The notes beneath the pieces are model-generated. The model worked only from the letters and a program-made list of their open reading frames with translations. It did not search any database and was not told the origin of the DNA. The position numbers and the translations under genes are program-made. Source: an uncultured Acidobacteriota bacterium (GTDB lineage Bacteria; Acidobacteriota; Vicinamibacteria; Vicinamibacterales; CAVVIG01). Taken from it: 64,000 nucleotides of DNA. Below, in pieces: positions 10,083 to 19,140 of the stretch (position 1 is the first letter of the stretch; each line of letters starts with the position of its first letter). The stretch lies in assembly GCA_963724695.1 (NCBI GenBank), contig CAVRVW010000008.1, positions 237,290 through 301,289 on the forward strand. Reading direction: 5' to 3'.

Positions 10083-11879
10083 CTACGTCAGGTCCTCGAT
10101 CCGTTGTGCGAGATGGCGTTTCTGATTGAGCAGCAGGTCGATCTGCGCGACATCTGACGTCGAACCGGAGCCCTGTAGTCTATCAAGTTCTTGCTGGATT
10201 CGGCCACGTTCTCGCTCCCACCGCAGCCGTTTGAGGGCCCGCCCGCACTGCGCCAGCCCGGCCGCGGCCGTCACCGGCGGGGCCTGCTGGCTGGCGATTG
10301 TTGCCGCAAGTTGAGCGTTCATGGTACTTAGACGCCGCAAAAGCTCCGAAGGTATGAGGTCTGGCGCATGGCCCCTGAGGGCGCGGGCCGCCTCGAACAC
10401 TTCACGGCCGCCCAGCGGCTCGAAGTCCTCCGGATCGAGGTCTTCTACCGCCTGCATCGCCTCCTCGGTCCGGTGAAACAGGCCCCAGATCAGGCCCCGC
10501 TCGGCCGGTTTCAGCGCCGCCGGCGTCCCCGACGCCCCGAGGCCCGGCACCTCCTTCGCCGTTACTTCGGTCCGCCGGCTGACCGCTGCCTTTCGAATTT
10601 CCGCGCGGACGACGTCTTCGGTGATCCGGGCCCGGTGCGCGATGCGGTCGCCAAACTGATCGCGGGCGGCCGCGTCCGGAATCCGCGCCGCCACGCCGAG
10701 CATGCGGCTCAAGAACTCTCGACGCCGCTCGGCGTTGCCAAGATCCAACCCGTCGGCAGCCTGATCGAGCAGGTACTCCAGATACGGCCGTGAGGACCGC
10801 AGGCGTTCCCGGTAGCGATCCGCCCCGTGCTGGCGAATGAAGGTGTCCGGATCCTCACCCCGGTCGAGAGCCAGGACGTTGACATCGAACCCTTCGGCGA
10901 CGAGCAGTTCGCTCGAGCGTGCGGCGGCGCCCTGGCCCGCCGCGTCCGGGTCGTAGCTGAGCACGATCTTCGAAGTGAAGCGGCGCAGCAGCTGGGCCTG
11001 CTGGACCGTGAGGGCCGTGCCGCAGGACGCAACCACCGGGGCAGCCTGGGACTGGAAGACCTGGGCAAAGTCGAAGTAGCCCTCGACGAGGACCGCAAAG
11101 CCCAGCTTGCGGATCAACTGCTTGGTGAGGCTGAGCCCGTAGAGAGTCCGTCCCTTCGAGTAGATCGGCGTCTCCGGCGAGTTCAAGTACTTCGGATGTT
11201 GATCGGACTCCATCGATCGGCCGCCGAAGGCGACGACCGAACCGGAGTCGCGGCAAATGGGAATCATCAGGCGGCTTCTGAACCGGTCGACGACTTCGCC
11301 GCCCTCGCGCTGTACAAGGAGGCCGCTCTGGAGCAGCACGCCCTGTGTGAAGCCCTGCTTGAGGAGGCGGGACTTCAGCCCGTCGCGGCCGCCGGGCGCG
11401 AAGCCAAGGCCGAGCGCGTCCACCGTGGCCTGGGCGACGCCGCGCTCCTGGAGCTGCTGGCGGGCCCGCCCGCCCGCAGGACTGGCGAGCTCCTCGCGGA
11501 AGCACGCCGCCGCCACTTCGTGCACCTTGAGCAGCTCTTCCCGCACCTTGGCGTTGACGTCTCCGCCCGCGTCACCGCCCTCGCTCCTCTCGGGCAGCGG
11601 AACGCCGAACTTCTGCGCCAGCAGCCGCACGGCGTCCGGAAACGCCACCTTCTCGTGGAGCTCGAGAAACTTGAAAACGTCGCCGCCCGCTCCGCATCCG
11701 AAGCAATGGAAGAAGCCCTTCTCGGGGTTGACGTGGAACGACGGGCTCTTCTCGGAGTGAAAGGGACAGAGCCCCTTGTAGGTCGTGCCCGCCTTCCGGA
11801 GCGGCACATAGTCCTGCACGACCTGCACGATGTTCGCCTGCAGACGGAGGTCGTCGATGAACTGTTGGGGAAATAACAT
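10083..11879 (-). CDS. dnaG: DNA primase
   Basis: 598-aa ORF with the zinc-finger motif CPFHSEKSPSFHVNPEKGFFHCFGCGAGG and a TOPRIM domain (VLVEGYFD...YDPDAAG). Stop lies 5 nt upstream of the rpoD start (classical dnaG-rpoD operon). Confidence 0.95.
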   Translation of the reverse strand: MLFPQQFIDDLRLQANIVQVVQDYVPLRKAGTTYKGLCPFHSEKSPSFHVNPEKGFFHCFGCGAGGDVFKFLELHEKVAFPDAVRLLAQKFGVPLPERSEGGDAGGDVNAKVREELLKVHEVAAACFREELASPAGGRARQQLQERGVAQATVDALGLGFAPGGRDGLKSRLLKQGFTQGVLLQSGLLVQREGGEVVDRFRSRLMIPICRDSGSVVAFGGRSMESDQHPKYLNSPETPIYSKGRTLYGLSLTKQLIRKLGFAVLVEGYFDFAQVFQSQAAPVVASCGTALTVQQAQLLRRFTSKIVLSYDPDAAGQGAAARSSELLVAEGFDVNVLALDRGEDPDTFIRQHGADRYRERLRSSRPYLEYLLDQAADGLDLGNAERRREFLSRMLGVAARIPDAAARDQFGDRIAHRARITEDVVRAEIRKAAVSRRTEVTAKEVPGLGASGTPAALKPAERGLIWGLFHRTEEAMQAVEDLDPEDFEPLGGREVFEAARALRGHAPDLIPSELLRRLSTMNAQLAATIASQQAPPVTAAAGLAQCGRALKRLRWERERGRIQQELDRLQGSGSTSDVAQIDLLLNQKRHLAQRIEDLT

Positions 11880-11880
11880 G

Positions 11881-11957
11881 AATTGCTAGTTGCTGATTGA
11901 TGAATGCTAATTGGATTCGGCGAACAAAATCAGCAATCAGCATTCATCAATCAGCAA
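11881..11957. repeat. Inverted repeat / long hairpin built from TGATTGC-AATCAGC heptads
   Basis: 19-nt perfect arms: ttgctgattgatgaatgct (11890-11908) and agcattcatcaatcagcaa (11939-11957), with a 30-nt loop. Fills the whole mutS2-stop to dnaG-start spacer. Confidence 0.9.
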
Positions 11958-14340
11958 TCATTCCTTGAGCTCCACCACCGTCACCCCCCCGCCCCCTTGC
12001 TCGGGTGGCGCGGAGGCGAACGTTGACACCAGCGGATGACGCTGCAGGAAGCCCGCCAACGCGCGCTTCAGCTGGCCGGTGCCGTAGCCGTGAATGAACC
12101 GGAGCGTCCGCTGATCGTTCAGCAGCGACTCGTCCAGAAACCGCTCCGCGCGGGTCAGCGCTTCGTCGACCGTCAGGCCAATCACGTTCAGGTCGGACGG
12201 TGACGCGTCGCGTGGCTGCAGTTCCACGTGCACCCTCACCGCGGCGGGCGTGGCCCCTCTCGCGGCAGACAGCACCCGCAGCTCGCCGACAGCCGAGCGC
12301 ATGCGCTTGCCGCGCACGTCGATCTCGGCCCACCCGTCGTGGAGCGCAGTGACGACGCCTTCGAGCCCGAGCCCGCCGACCGAGACGCGGTCGCCCACGC
12401 CCGCGGCCCGACCCGTGGCGGGAGGAGGTGGCTCTGGTTCGTGCGTCGGCTCCACGAACCGCTTCACGACCTGGTCGATGGCCGCCCGGGCATCGCTCCG
12501 CGCATGGCCGGCGTCGCCCGTCGTGACCGTCCGGTGGCTTGCCTCGCCGATAGACGAGGTCCTGGCCTTGAGTCCGGCGATGACGTCGTCGATTTCCCGC
12601 CGCGCCTGGCGCGCCTGCGTATCGAGCTCTTCGGTCAGTTTGCGGCGGAACGTGTCCTCCCGATGCTTGAGCGCGTCTTCCCGCTGCCGCATGCGGGCTT
12701 CGTCCGCCTCGAGCGTCTCGCGCTCGCGCGCCGCGAGCCGATGCTCGTGCTCGAGCGCCCGCACGTCGCGGTCGATTCGCGCGAGGTGTTCGGCGAGCTG
12801 CGCTTCGCGAGCGCTCACGTTCTGCCGGGCGGCAGCAATCACCGCGGGGCTCAGCCCCAGGCGCGCCGCAATCTCCAGCGCCAGGCTGCGCCCGGGGGAT
12901 CCGTAGGTCATCGTGTAGGTCGGCGCGAACGTCTCGGCGTCGAACCCGAACGCCGCGCTCGCCACGCCCTCGGTCGTCGACGCGTACGTCTTGAGGGCGT
13001 CGTAGTGGCTCGTGGCGATGAGCGTCGCGCCGCGACGCCTGAAGTGATCGACGACCGCCACGCCCAGGGCGCCGCCTTCGACAGGGTCCGTGCCCGATCC
13101 CACTTCGTCGAGCAGGACGAGGGCCGGCACCGCGAGCTCCTGATCCATCGACGCGATGTTCGTGATGTGCGCCGAGAACGTGCTCAGGCTCGCGTCGATC
13201 GATTGCTCGTCCCCGATATCAGCGAAGATCGCTCTGAACACCGGGACCCTCGATCCGTCGGCTGCCGGGATGCGCAGGCCCGACTGGGCCATCAGCGACA
13301 GCAGCCCCGCCGTCTTGAGGGCGACCGTCTTGCCGCCGGTGTTCGGGCCCGTGATGAGGAGCACGGTGGCCGGGGGGACGATCTCTGATCGTGACCGGGA
13401 CCGCGCGCTTGAGGAGCGGATGCCGCGCCGCCTGCAGCTCGAAAGCGCCGTCGGTCGACAGGCGCGGCTCGATGCCGTCCACCGAGCGCGAAAACTCGGC
13501 GCGGGCCTGACGCACGTCGAGCTCGGTGGCCGCCTCGATCGTCCGCTGGAGGTCGCCCGCGCGGCCCCGGAAGAGGTCGGTCAACGCCAGGAGGATGCGC
13601 CGGATTTCTTCGCCTTCCTGCTCCTCGAGCGCGACGATGTCGTTGTTGATCTCCACCGTGCTCAGGGGCTCGAGAAACAGGCTCGCGCCGCTCGTCGAAG
13701 CCCCGTGCACGATGCCGGGAATGCCGCTCCGATGCTCGGCCTTCACGACGAGCACGTAACGGCCGTTGCGCTCGGTCACGACCTGGTCCTGCAGGTATTT
13801 CGCGGTGTCCTTGCCCCGCAGGTAGGACTCGAGCGTGCCCCGCAGCCGGGTCCGCTGCCTGCGAAGCTTGTCCCGGATCATGCGCAGCTCCGGGCTGGCG
13901 TGGTCGACGACGTCGCCCGACGCGTCGATCTTGTCGCGCACCTCGGCCACTTCGCTCTTGAACGAGGCCATCGGCGCACTCGCCTGATCGAGGAGCGGGT
14001 AGGTCGCGGAAACGCGTCGAATGGCCGCCCGCGTCTCGTCCACGGCCTGCAGGAACGTGGCGAGCGTCAGCAGTCGAAGCGCCTCGAGCGGCCGCCCCTC
14101 GACGGCGAGCGAGCCCAGGATGGCGGGAAGATCGTCGCCCGCCCGCAGCGGGAAAGCGCCCTGCCTGCCAATGAACGCCGCAGTCTCGCTCGTCGCCGAT
14201 AGCCACCGCGCCACGGTCTCGGGGTCGGTCGACGGCTGGAGGCGGGCCAGCCGTTCGTCGCCCATCGGCGTCACAGCGAAGCCGCGCACCGCTTCGACAA
14301 TGCGATCGAACTCGAGAGTCCGAAGAACTCCAGGCTGCAT
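11958..14340 (-). pseudogene. mutS2: Endonuclease MutS2 (MutS-family ATPase + Smr domain), frame broken once as assembled (G6/C6 run at 13372-13377)
   Basis: The N-terminal 320 codons (MQPGVLRTLEFDRIVEAV...AARHPLLKRAVPVTIRDRPP) are in the 14340 frame. The Walker A and remainder (ATVLLITGPNTGGKTVALKT...Smr tail LRFIHGYGTGQLKRAL) are in the 13364 frame. They join exactly at CGTCCCCCCGGCC. Confidence 0.9.
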
Positions 14341-14365
14341 GGGAGTGAAGACCTGAACTCTAACA

Positions 14366-14443
14366 GGTCTGGCCGGTCTGGTGGGTCAGGAGGGTCTGGC
14401 GGCGTGAGACGCGCACCGACCCGACCCGCCTGACCTGCCCGAC
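14366..14443. repeat. Tandem 9-mers GGTC[TA]GGNN x4 followed by inverted copies
   Basis: ggtctggcc ggtctggtg ggtcaggag ggtctggcg (14366-14401). caccgacccgacccgcctgacctgcccgac (14414-14443) is the reverse-complement word set. Spacer between larB stop and mutS2 start. Confidence 0.75.
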
Positions 14444-15202
14444 TCAGAGATGATTTATCGCGCTCGCCACCGCACCGGCGCCGAAACCGTTGTCGATGTT
14501 GACCACCGATACACCGGACGCGCAGCTGTTCAGCATGCCGAGAAGAGCGGCAATTCCTCCGAAGCTTGCACCGTAACCGATTGAGGTCGGAACCGCTACG
14601 ACCGGCGCGCTGACCAGTCCGGCGACCACGCTCGGCAGGGCGCCTTCCATCCCTGCGACGACGATGATCACCCGCGCCGACTGGAGGCGATGAACTTCGC
14701 CGAGCAACCGGTGAATTCCGGCGACACCCGCATCGTACAAACGCTCGACCTGGTTGCCCATGACCGTGGCGGTGACGGCGGCTTCCTCGGCCACCGGAAG
14801 GTCCGAGGTCCCCGCGGCCACTACCAGAATGCAACCCTTGCCAGGAAGGACGTCCTGCTGAGCCAAAGCGACAATCCCTGCATCAGGGTAATACACCGCC
14901 TTTGGCAGGACTTCCCGCACCGCATCGGCGGCCGCCTGGCTGGCCCGAGTGACCAGCAATGTCGATCGCCGTTTGGCGATGGCCACTGAGATCGCGGCGA
15001 TTTGGGCAGGCGTTTTGCCTAAGCCCAGGATCACTTCAGGGAACCCCTGTCGATGGGCCCTGTGGTGGTCAACACGTGCGAAGCCCAGATCCTCGAACGG
15101 CTCGGCGCGAATCGCGGCGCTCAGACGGTCTTCGGCCGTCGACGCGTCGATCCGGCCGTCAGCGACCGCGTCGAGAAGGGCTCGAAGCTCGAGGGGCGTC
15201 AT
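14444..15202 (-). CDS. larB: Nickel-pincer cofactor biosynthesis protein LarB (AIR-carboxylase-like)
   Basis: FARVDHHRAHRQGFPEVILGLGKT...ILVVAAGTSDLPVAEEA...IIVVAGMEGALPSVVAGL...VVAVPTSIGYGASFGG matches the LarB/PurE-like family. Start ATG 15202 (MTPLELRALL). Confidence 0.8.
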   Translation of the reverse strand: MTPLELRALLDAVADGRIDASTAEDRLSAAIRAEPFEDLGFARVDHHRAHRQGFPEVILGLGKTPAQIAAISVAIAKRRSTLLVTRASQAAADAVREVLPKAVYYPDAGIVALAQQDVLPGKGCILVVAAGTSDLPVAEEAAVTATVMGNQVERLYDAGVAGIHRLLGEVHRLQSARVIIVVAGMEGALPSVVAGLVSAPVVAVPTSIGYGASFGGIAALLGMLNSCASGVSVVNIDNGFGAGAVASAINHL

Positions 15203-15296
15203 GCGGCCGAGCGTGCCGGCCCGGCATTGATTTCGGCGGACCCGGACAGTATCATAAAGCCCTGTACCATTTGGACTTCCCCAGCTCAACAACCGC

Positions 15297-16790
15297 ATGA
15301 CGCCTGTCGAAACCCTGACCCTCGCCGCCTACTTCTTCGTCCTGATCATATTGGCAGTCTACGGGTGGCACCGCTACTACCTCGTTTACCTCTATATGAG
15401 GAACAAGGACCGGCAGCCCAAGGCCGGCCCGGCGCTGACGCCCCTCCCCGTTGTGACGATTCAGTTGCCCCTGTACAACGAGATGTACGTAGCCGACCGG
15501 CTCATCGAGGCCGTCTGCCGTCTCGAATATCCGGCTGACAAGCTCGAAATCCAGGTTCTGGACGATTCGACCGACGAGACGAGCGGAATCGCCGAGCTCG
15601 CCGTCAGGCGGCGGGCAGCCGACGGGATCGACATCAAGTACTTCCACCGGGCAGACCGTTCAGGCTACAAGGCGGGGGCCCTCGAAGCGGGCCTGAAAGC
15701 AGCCCGGGGCGAGTTCGTGGCCATCTTCGACGCCGACTTCCTTCCGACGGCCGACTTCCTCAGCCGCCTGATGCCGCACTTCGCGGACCCGGGCGTGGCG
15801 ATGGTCCAGGCGCGTTGGGGACACATCAACCAGGACTACTCGCTCCTCACGAAGATCCAGGCGATTCTCCTCGACGGGCATTTCGTGCTGGAGCACGGCG
15901 GGCGGCATCGCGGCGGGCGGTTCTTCAACTTCAACGGCACGGCGGGCATCTGGCGTCGCGCCGCGATCGACGACGCCGGAGGATGGCAGCACGACACGCT
16001 GACCGAGGACCTGGACCTGAGCTACCGCGCCCAGCTCCGCGGCTGGCGCTTCGTGTTCGACCCCGACGTCATCGCGCCGGCGGAAGTCCCCGTCGAGATG
16101 AACGCGTTCAAGTCGCAGCAGCATCGCTGGGCGAAAGGCTCGATCCAGACCTGCCGGAAGCTGCTCCCGTCGTTGCTCGCGGCGCCGATTCCGCAGGGTG
16201 TCAAGGCGGAGGCGTTCTTCCACCTGACCGCCAACTTCAACTACCCGTTGATGGTGGTGCTCTCGGTGCTCATGTTCCCGTCCATGGTCATCCGCTACAA
16301 CATGGGCTGGTACGAGATGCTCCTCATCGACGTCCCGCTGTTCTTCGCGGCGACCTTCTCGGTCTGCAACTTCTACATGGTGTGCCAGCGGGAGATCTAC
16401 AAGGACTGGAAGACGCGCCTGAAGTACCTGCCCTTCCTGATGTCCATCGGTATCGGCCTGTCCATCAACAACACCCGCGCCGTGTTGGAGGCGCTTTTCA
16501 ACAAGCAGAGCGAGTTCGCGCGCACGCCAAAGTACCGCATCGAGGTGGACGCCGACGAATGGGTGGGCAAGAAGTACAGGCAGTCGGTCGCCATCCAGCC
16601 GCTCATCGAGCTGGCGCTCGGTCTCTACTTCACCGCCACCGTCTTTTACGCTCTCGCCAACGGCATCTACGGCACGCTCCCATTCCTCCTGCTGTTTCAG
16701 CTCGGGTTCCTCTATACGGGGCTGCTCTCGATCGTCCAGCAGTACGCCGGCGACGATACGGTGGTCCTGAATACGCAGATAGCCGAATAG
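15297..16790 (+). CDS. Processive family-2 glycosyltransferase (cellulose-synthase-like / CslA-like membrane synthase)
   Basis: 497-aa ORF with an N-terminal TM helix. Motifs VTIQLPLYNE, VLDDSTD, IFDADF, TEDLDLS and the QxxRW motif QQHRW. Several C-terminal TM helices. Confidence 0.85.
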   Translation: MTPVETLTLAAYFFVLIILAVYGWHRYYLVYLYMRNKDRQPKAGPALTPLPVVTIQLPLYNEMYVADRLIEAVCRLEYPADKLEIQVLDDSTDETSGIAELAVRRRAADGIDIKYFHRADRSGYKAGALEAGLKAARGEFVAIFDADFLPTADFLSRLMPHFADPGVAMVQARWGHINQDYSLLTKIQAILLDGHFVLEHGGRHRGGRFFNFNGTAGIWRRAAIDDAGGWQHDTLTEDLDLSYRAQLRGWRFVFDPDVIAPAEVPVEMNAFKSQQHRWAKGSIQTCRKLLPSLLAAPIPQGVKAEAFFHLTANFNYPLMVVLSVLMFPSMVIRYNMGWYEMLLIDVPLFFAATFSVCNFYMVCQREIYKDWKTRLKYLPFLMSIGIGLSINNTRAVLEALFNKQSEFARTPKYRIEVDADEWVGKKYRQSVAIQPLIELALGLYFTATVFYALANGIYGTLPFLLLFQLGFLYTGLLSIVQQYAGDDTVVLNTQIAE

Positions 16791-16814
16791 TCGGGGATCG
16801 GGGATCGGGAACGG
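16791..16814. repeat. Tandem heptamers TCGGGGA x3
   Basis: tcgggga tcgggga tcgggaa cgg, beginning at the first nt after the GT2 stop codon. Same word family as the reverse complement of 8306-8354. Confidence 0.8.
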
Positions 16815-16886
16815 CCGAACCCCGAGGTTCGCGGCCCCTGGAGCCGGTAGTCCGGCGGCTGAAGCCCTCCGGAGTATCATTCCCTC

Positions 16887-18038
16887 ATGGCCACCCTCGA
16901 GAACCCCAAGGCGGGGCTTGAAGATACCGTCGCGACGTCCTCCGCCATCTGCTATCTCGACGGCGACCGGGGCGTGCTTGCGTACTGCGGCTACGACATC
17001 CACGAGCTGGCGAAGTTCGCGACCTTCGAGGAGGTCTGCTATCTCCTCTGGCATCGCCGGCTGCCCACACGCGCCGAGCTCGGCGACCTGCAGTCGCAGC
17101 TGGCCGTGGCACGGCCGCTTCCGGAAGCCATCATCCGCCTGATGCGTTCGCTGCCGGCCGGCGCCGGCGCCAACGGCGGCATGGACGTGCTGCGCACCCT
17201 GACCTCTGCGCTCGCACACTACGACCAGGATGCCGCGGACACCTCACCGCAGGCCAACTACCGCAAAGCGGTGCGCCTCACGGCCCAGATGGCGTCGCTC
17301 GTCGCGACGATGGGACGTGTCGAGGCCGGCGGCGGGCCGATCGCGCCGGATCCGGCGCTTGGCCACGCGGCCAACTTCCTCTACATGCTGACGGGCGAGA
17401 GACCGAGCGTCCTGGCGGCGCATGCCTTCGACGTCGCCCTCATCCTTCACGCCGATCACGAGCTGAACGCCTCCACGTTCGCCGCACGCGTCGCTGCCGC
17501 CACGCTGACCGACCTCCATTCGGCGATCGTCGCCGCCGTCTGCGCGCTCAAGGGCCCCCTTCACGGCGGCGCGAATGCGGATGTGATGCGCCTGCTCCTG
17601 GAGGTTGGGAAGGACGGCCCCGCCGAAAAGGCCGACGAGATCGTGCGCGCAAAGCTCGCGCGCAAGGAGAAGATCCCCGGTTTCGGTCACCGCGTGTACC
17701 ACACGGAGGATCCGCGCGCGACGCACCTTCGCCAGATGTCGAAGGAGCTGACGGCAAGAGCCGGTCAGCCCATCTGGTACGAGATGTCGCAGCGGATAGA
17801 GGCGCTGGTCAAGGCAGAGAAGAAACTGAACGCGAACGTCGACTTCTACTCGGCGACGACCTATTACGCGCTCGGCATCGGCATCGACCTCTTCACGCCG
17901 ATTTTCGCGGTGAGCCGCGTGTCGGGCTGGACTGCGCACGTCCTCGAGCAGTACGCGAACAATCGCCTCATTCGGCCGCGCGCCGAGTACATCGGGCCCG
18001 AGTACCCCCAGCGCTACGCGCCCGTCGACCGGCGGTAG
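16887..18038 (+). CDS. gltA: Citrate synthase (citrate/2-methylcitrate synthase family)
   Basis: 383-aa ORF with GLEDTVATSSAICYLDGDRGVLAYCGYDI, LILHADHELNAST, GPLHGGAN and PGFGHRVY. Confidence 0.9.
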   Translation: MATLENPKAGLEDTVATSSAICYLDGDRGVLAYCGYDIHELAKFATFEEVCYLLWHRRLPTRAELGDLQSQLAVARPLPEAIIRLMRSLPAGAGANGGMDVLRTLTSALAHYDQDAADTSPQANYRKAVRLTAQMASLVATMGRVEAGGGPIAPDPALGHAANFLYMLTGERPSVLAAHAFDVALILHADHELNASTFAARVAAATLTDLHSAIVAAVCALKGPLHGGANADVMRLLLEVGKDGPAEKADEIVRAKLARKEKIPGFGHRVYHTEDPRATHLRQMSKELTARAGQPIWYEMSQRIEALVKAEKKLNANVDFYSATTYYALGIGIDLFTPIFAVSRVSGWTAHVLEQYANNRLIRPRAEYIGPEYPQRYAPVDRR

Positions 18039-18039
18039 G

Positions 18040-18081
18040 ACTTGAACTTCGAAGTTAGAAGGAAGAACTCAGAAGGACTTT
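18040..18081. repeat. Tandem heptamers NNNNGAA x5-6
   Basis: acttgaa cttcgaa gttagaa ggaagaa ctcagaa ggacttt. Fills the convergent spacer between citrate synthase and the amidohydrolase. ttagaaggaagaact is the reverse complement of the 62654/63077 repeat core. Confidence 0.85.
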
Positions 18082-18084
18082 GAG

Positions 18085-19125
18085 TCAGCGAAGCCTGGGT
18101 AGGAGCGCGATCGCGTTCTCCCGATCGATGGCTCGCAGGTCGGCCGCGCTGAAGAGCCCGAGCTCGGCAATGGTCTTCGCGACGTCGAGGCTCGTCCCGC
18201 CAGGCGGAAAATCGGTGCCGAAGAGCACCTGCGAGGGTGGCACGAGCTGCAGCAGCGACGCCACCGCCCCCTTGTTCGCGGCACCCGCCAGGTCGTAATG
18301 GTACTTCCTGATCTCAGCGATGAAACCGCGCGGAAGCCGGTCGGCGGCGTTCCGCGTCGCGTTCTCGATGCGCCCCGCCAGAAACGGTGCCGCGCCACCG
18401 CCGTGCGACCAGATGAACTGGATGTTTGGGTAGCGAACGGCGTCGCCGCTGAACGTCACGCCGACGAGCGCGCGCGTCGTATCCACCCCGTACTCGATGG
18501 TGCCCGCCGCGACGCCTGGCGCGTAGTCGAGATTCCTGCAGCAATTCGCAGCGGTCGGGTGCACGTGGACCACGGCGCGCCGCCGGTTCAACTCCTCCAT
18601 CACCGGGCGGAACGAGGGGTTACCGAGCCAGAGGTCGCCGTAGCTCGTGAGGAGTGCCACCCCGTCCACCTTGAGGGTGTCGTACGCGTAGGCGATCTCG
18701 GCGACCGTCGCGTCGACGTCCGGCAGGGGCATTGCGGCGAACAGCCCGAACCGTGTCGGATGATCCAGCACGAGCTTCGCGCCGTATTCGTTACACGCGC
18801 GAGCGAGCCGACGGGTGACCGCAAGGTCGCCGAAGTAGAGACCCGGGTTCGTGATCGACACGATGGCCGCAGCCACGCCGCCGCGATCCATGTCGTCGAT
18901 GGACTTCTGGGGCGTCCACGTCGTGTTCGCGGGCTGGAGCAGCGGACGGCCGCGCACTTCGGTCACCCACGCCGGCGGCGCGAAGTGATGGTGCACATCA
19001 ATGCGCCGCGGCCCGGTCGTCGAGACCGACTGCCCGGCGAGGACGCGGTCTGCGAAGGCGGTGGCGCCGAGCCCAAGCGCGCCGAGCGTGGTGGCCAGGA
19101 ATTGGCGTCGATCGTATTCGTGCAT
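18085..19125 (-). CDS. Amidohydrolase-2 family metal-dependent hydrolase with Tat-type signal
   Basis: MHEYDRRQFLATTLGALGLGATAFA twin-arginine leader, the RIDVHHHF metal motif and a TIM-barrel hydrolase pattern (ACMSD-like). Confidence 0.75.
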   Translation of the reverse strand: MHEYDRRQFLATTLGALGLGATAFADRVLAGQSVSTTGPRRIDVHHHFAPPAWVTEVRGRPLLQPANTTWTPQKSIDDMDRGGVAAAIVSITNPGLYFGDLAVTRRLARACNEYGAKLVLDHPTRFGLFAAMPLPDVDATVAEIAYAYDTLKVDGVALLTSYGDLWLGNPSFRPVMEELNRRRAVVHVHPTAANCCRNLDYAPGVAAGTIEYGVDTTRALVGVTFSGDAVRYPNIQFIWSHGGGAAPFLAGRIENATRNAADRLPRGFIAEIRKYHYDLAGAANKGAVASLLQLVPPSQVLFGTDFPPGGTSLDVAKTIAELGLFSAADLRAIDRENAIALLPRLR

Positions 19126-19140
19126 GGATTCGCCAGAGGA

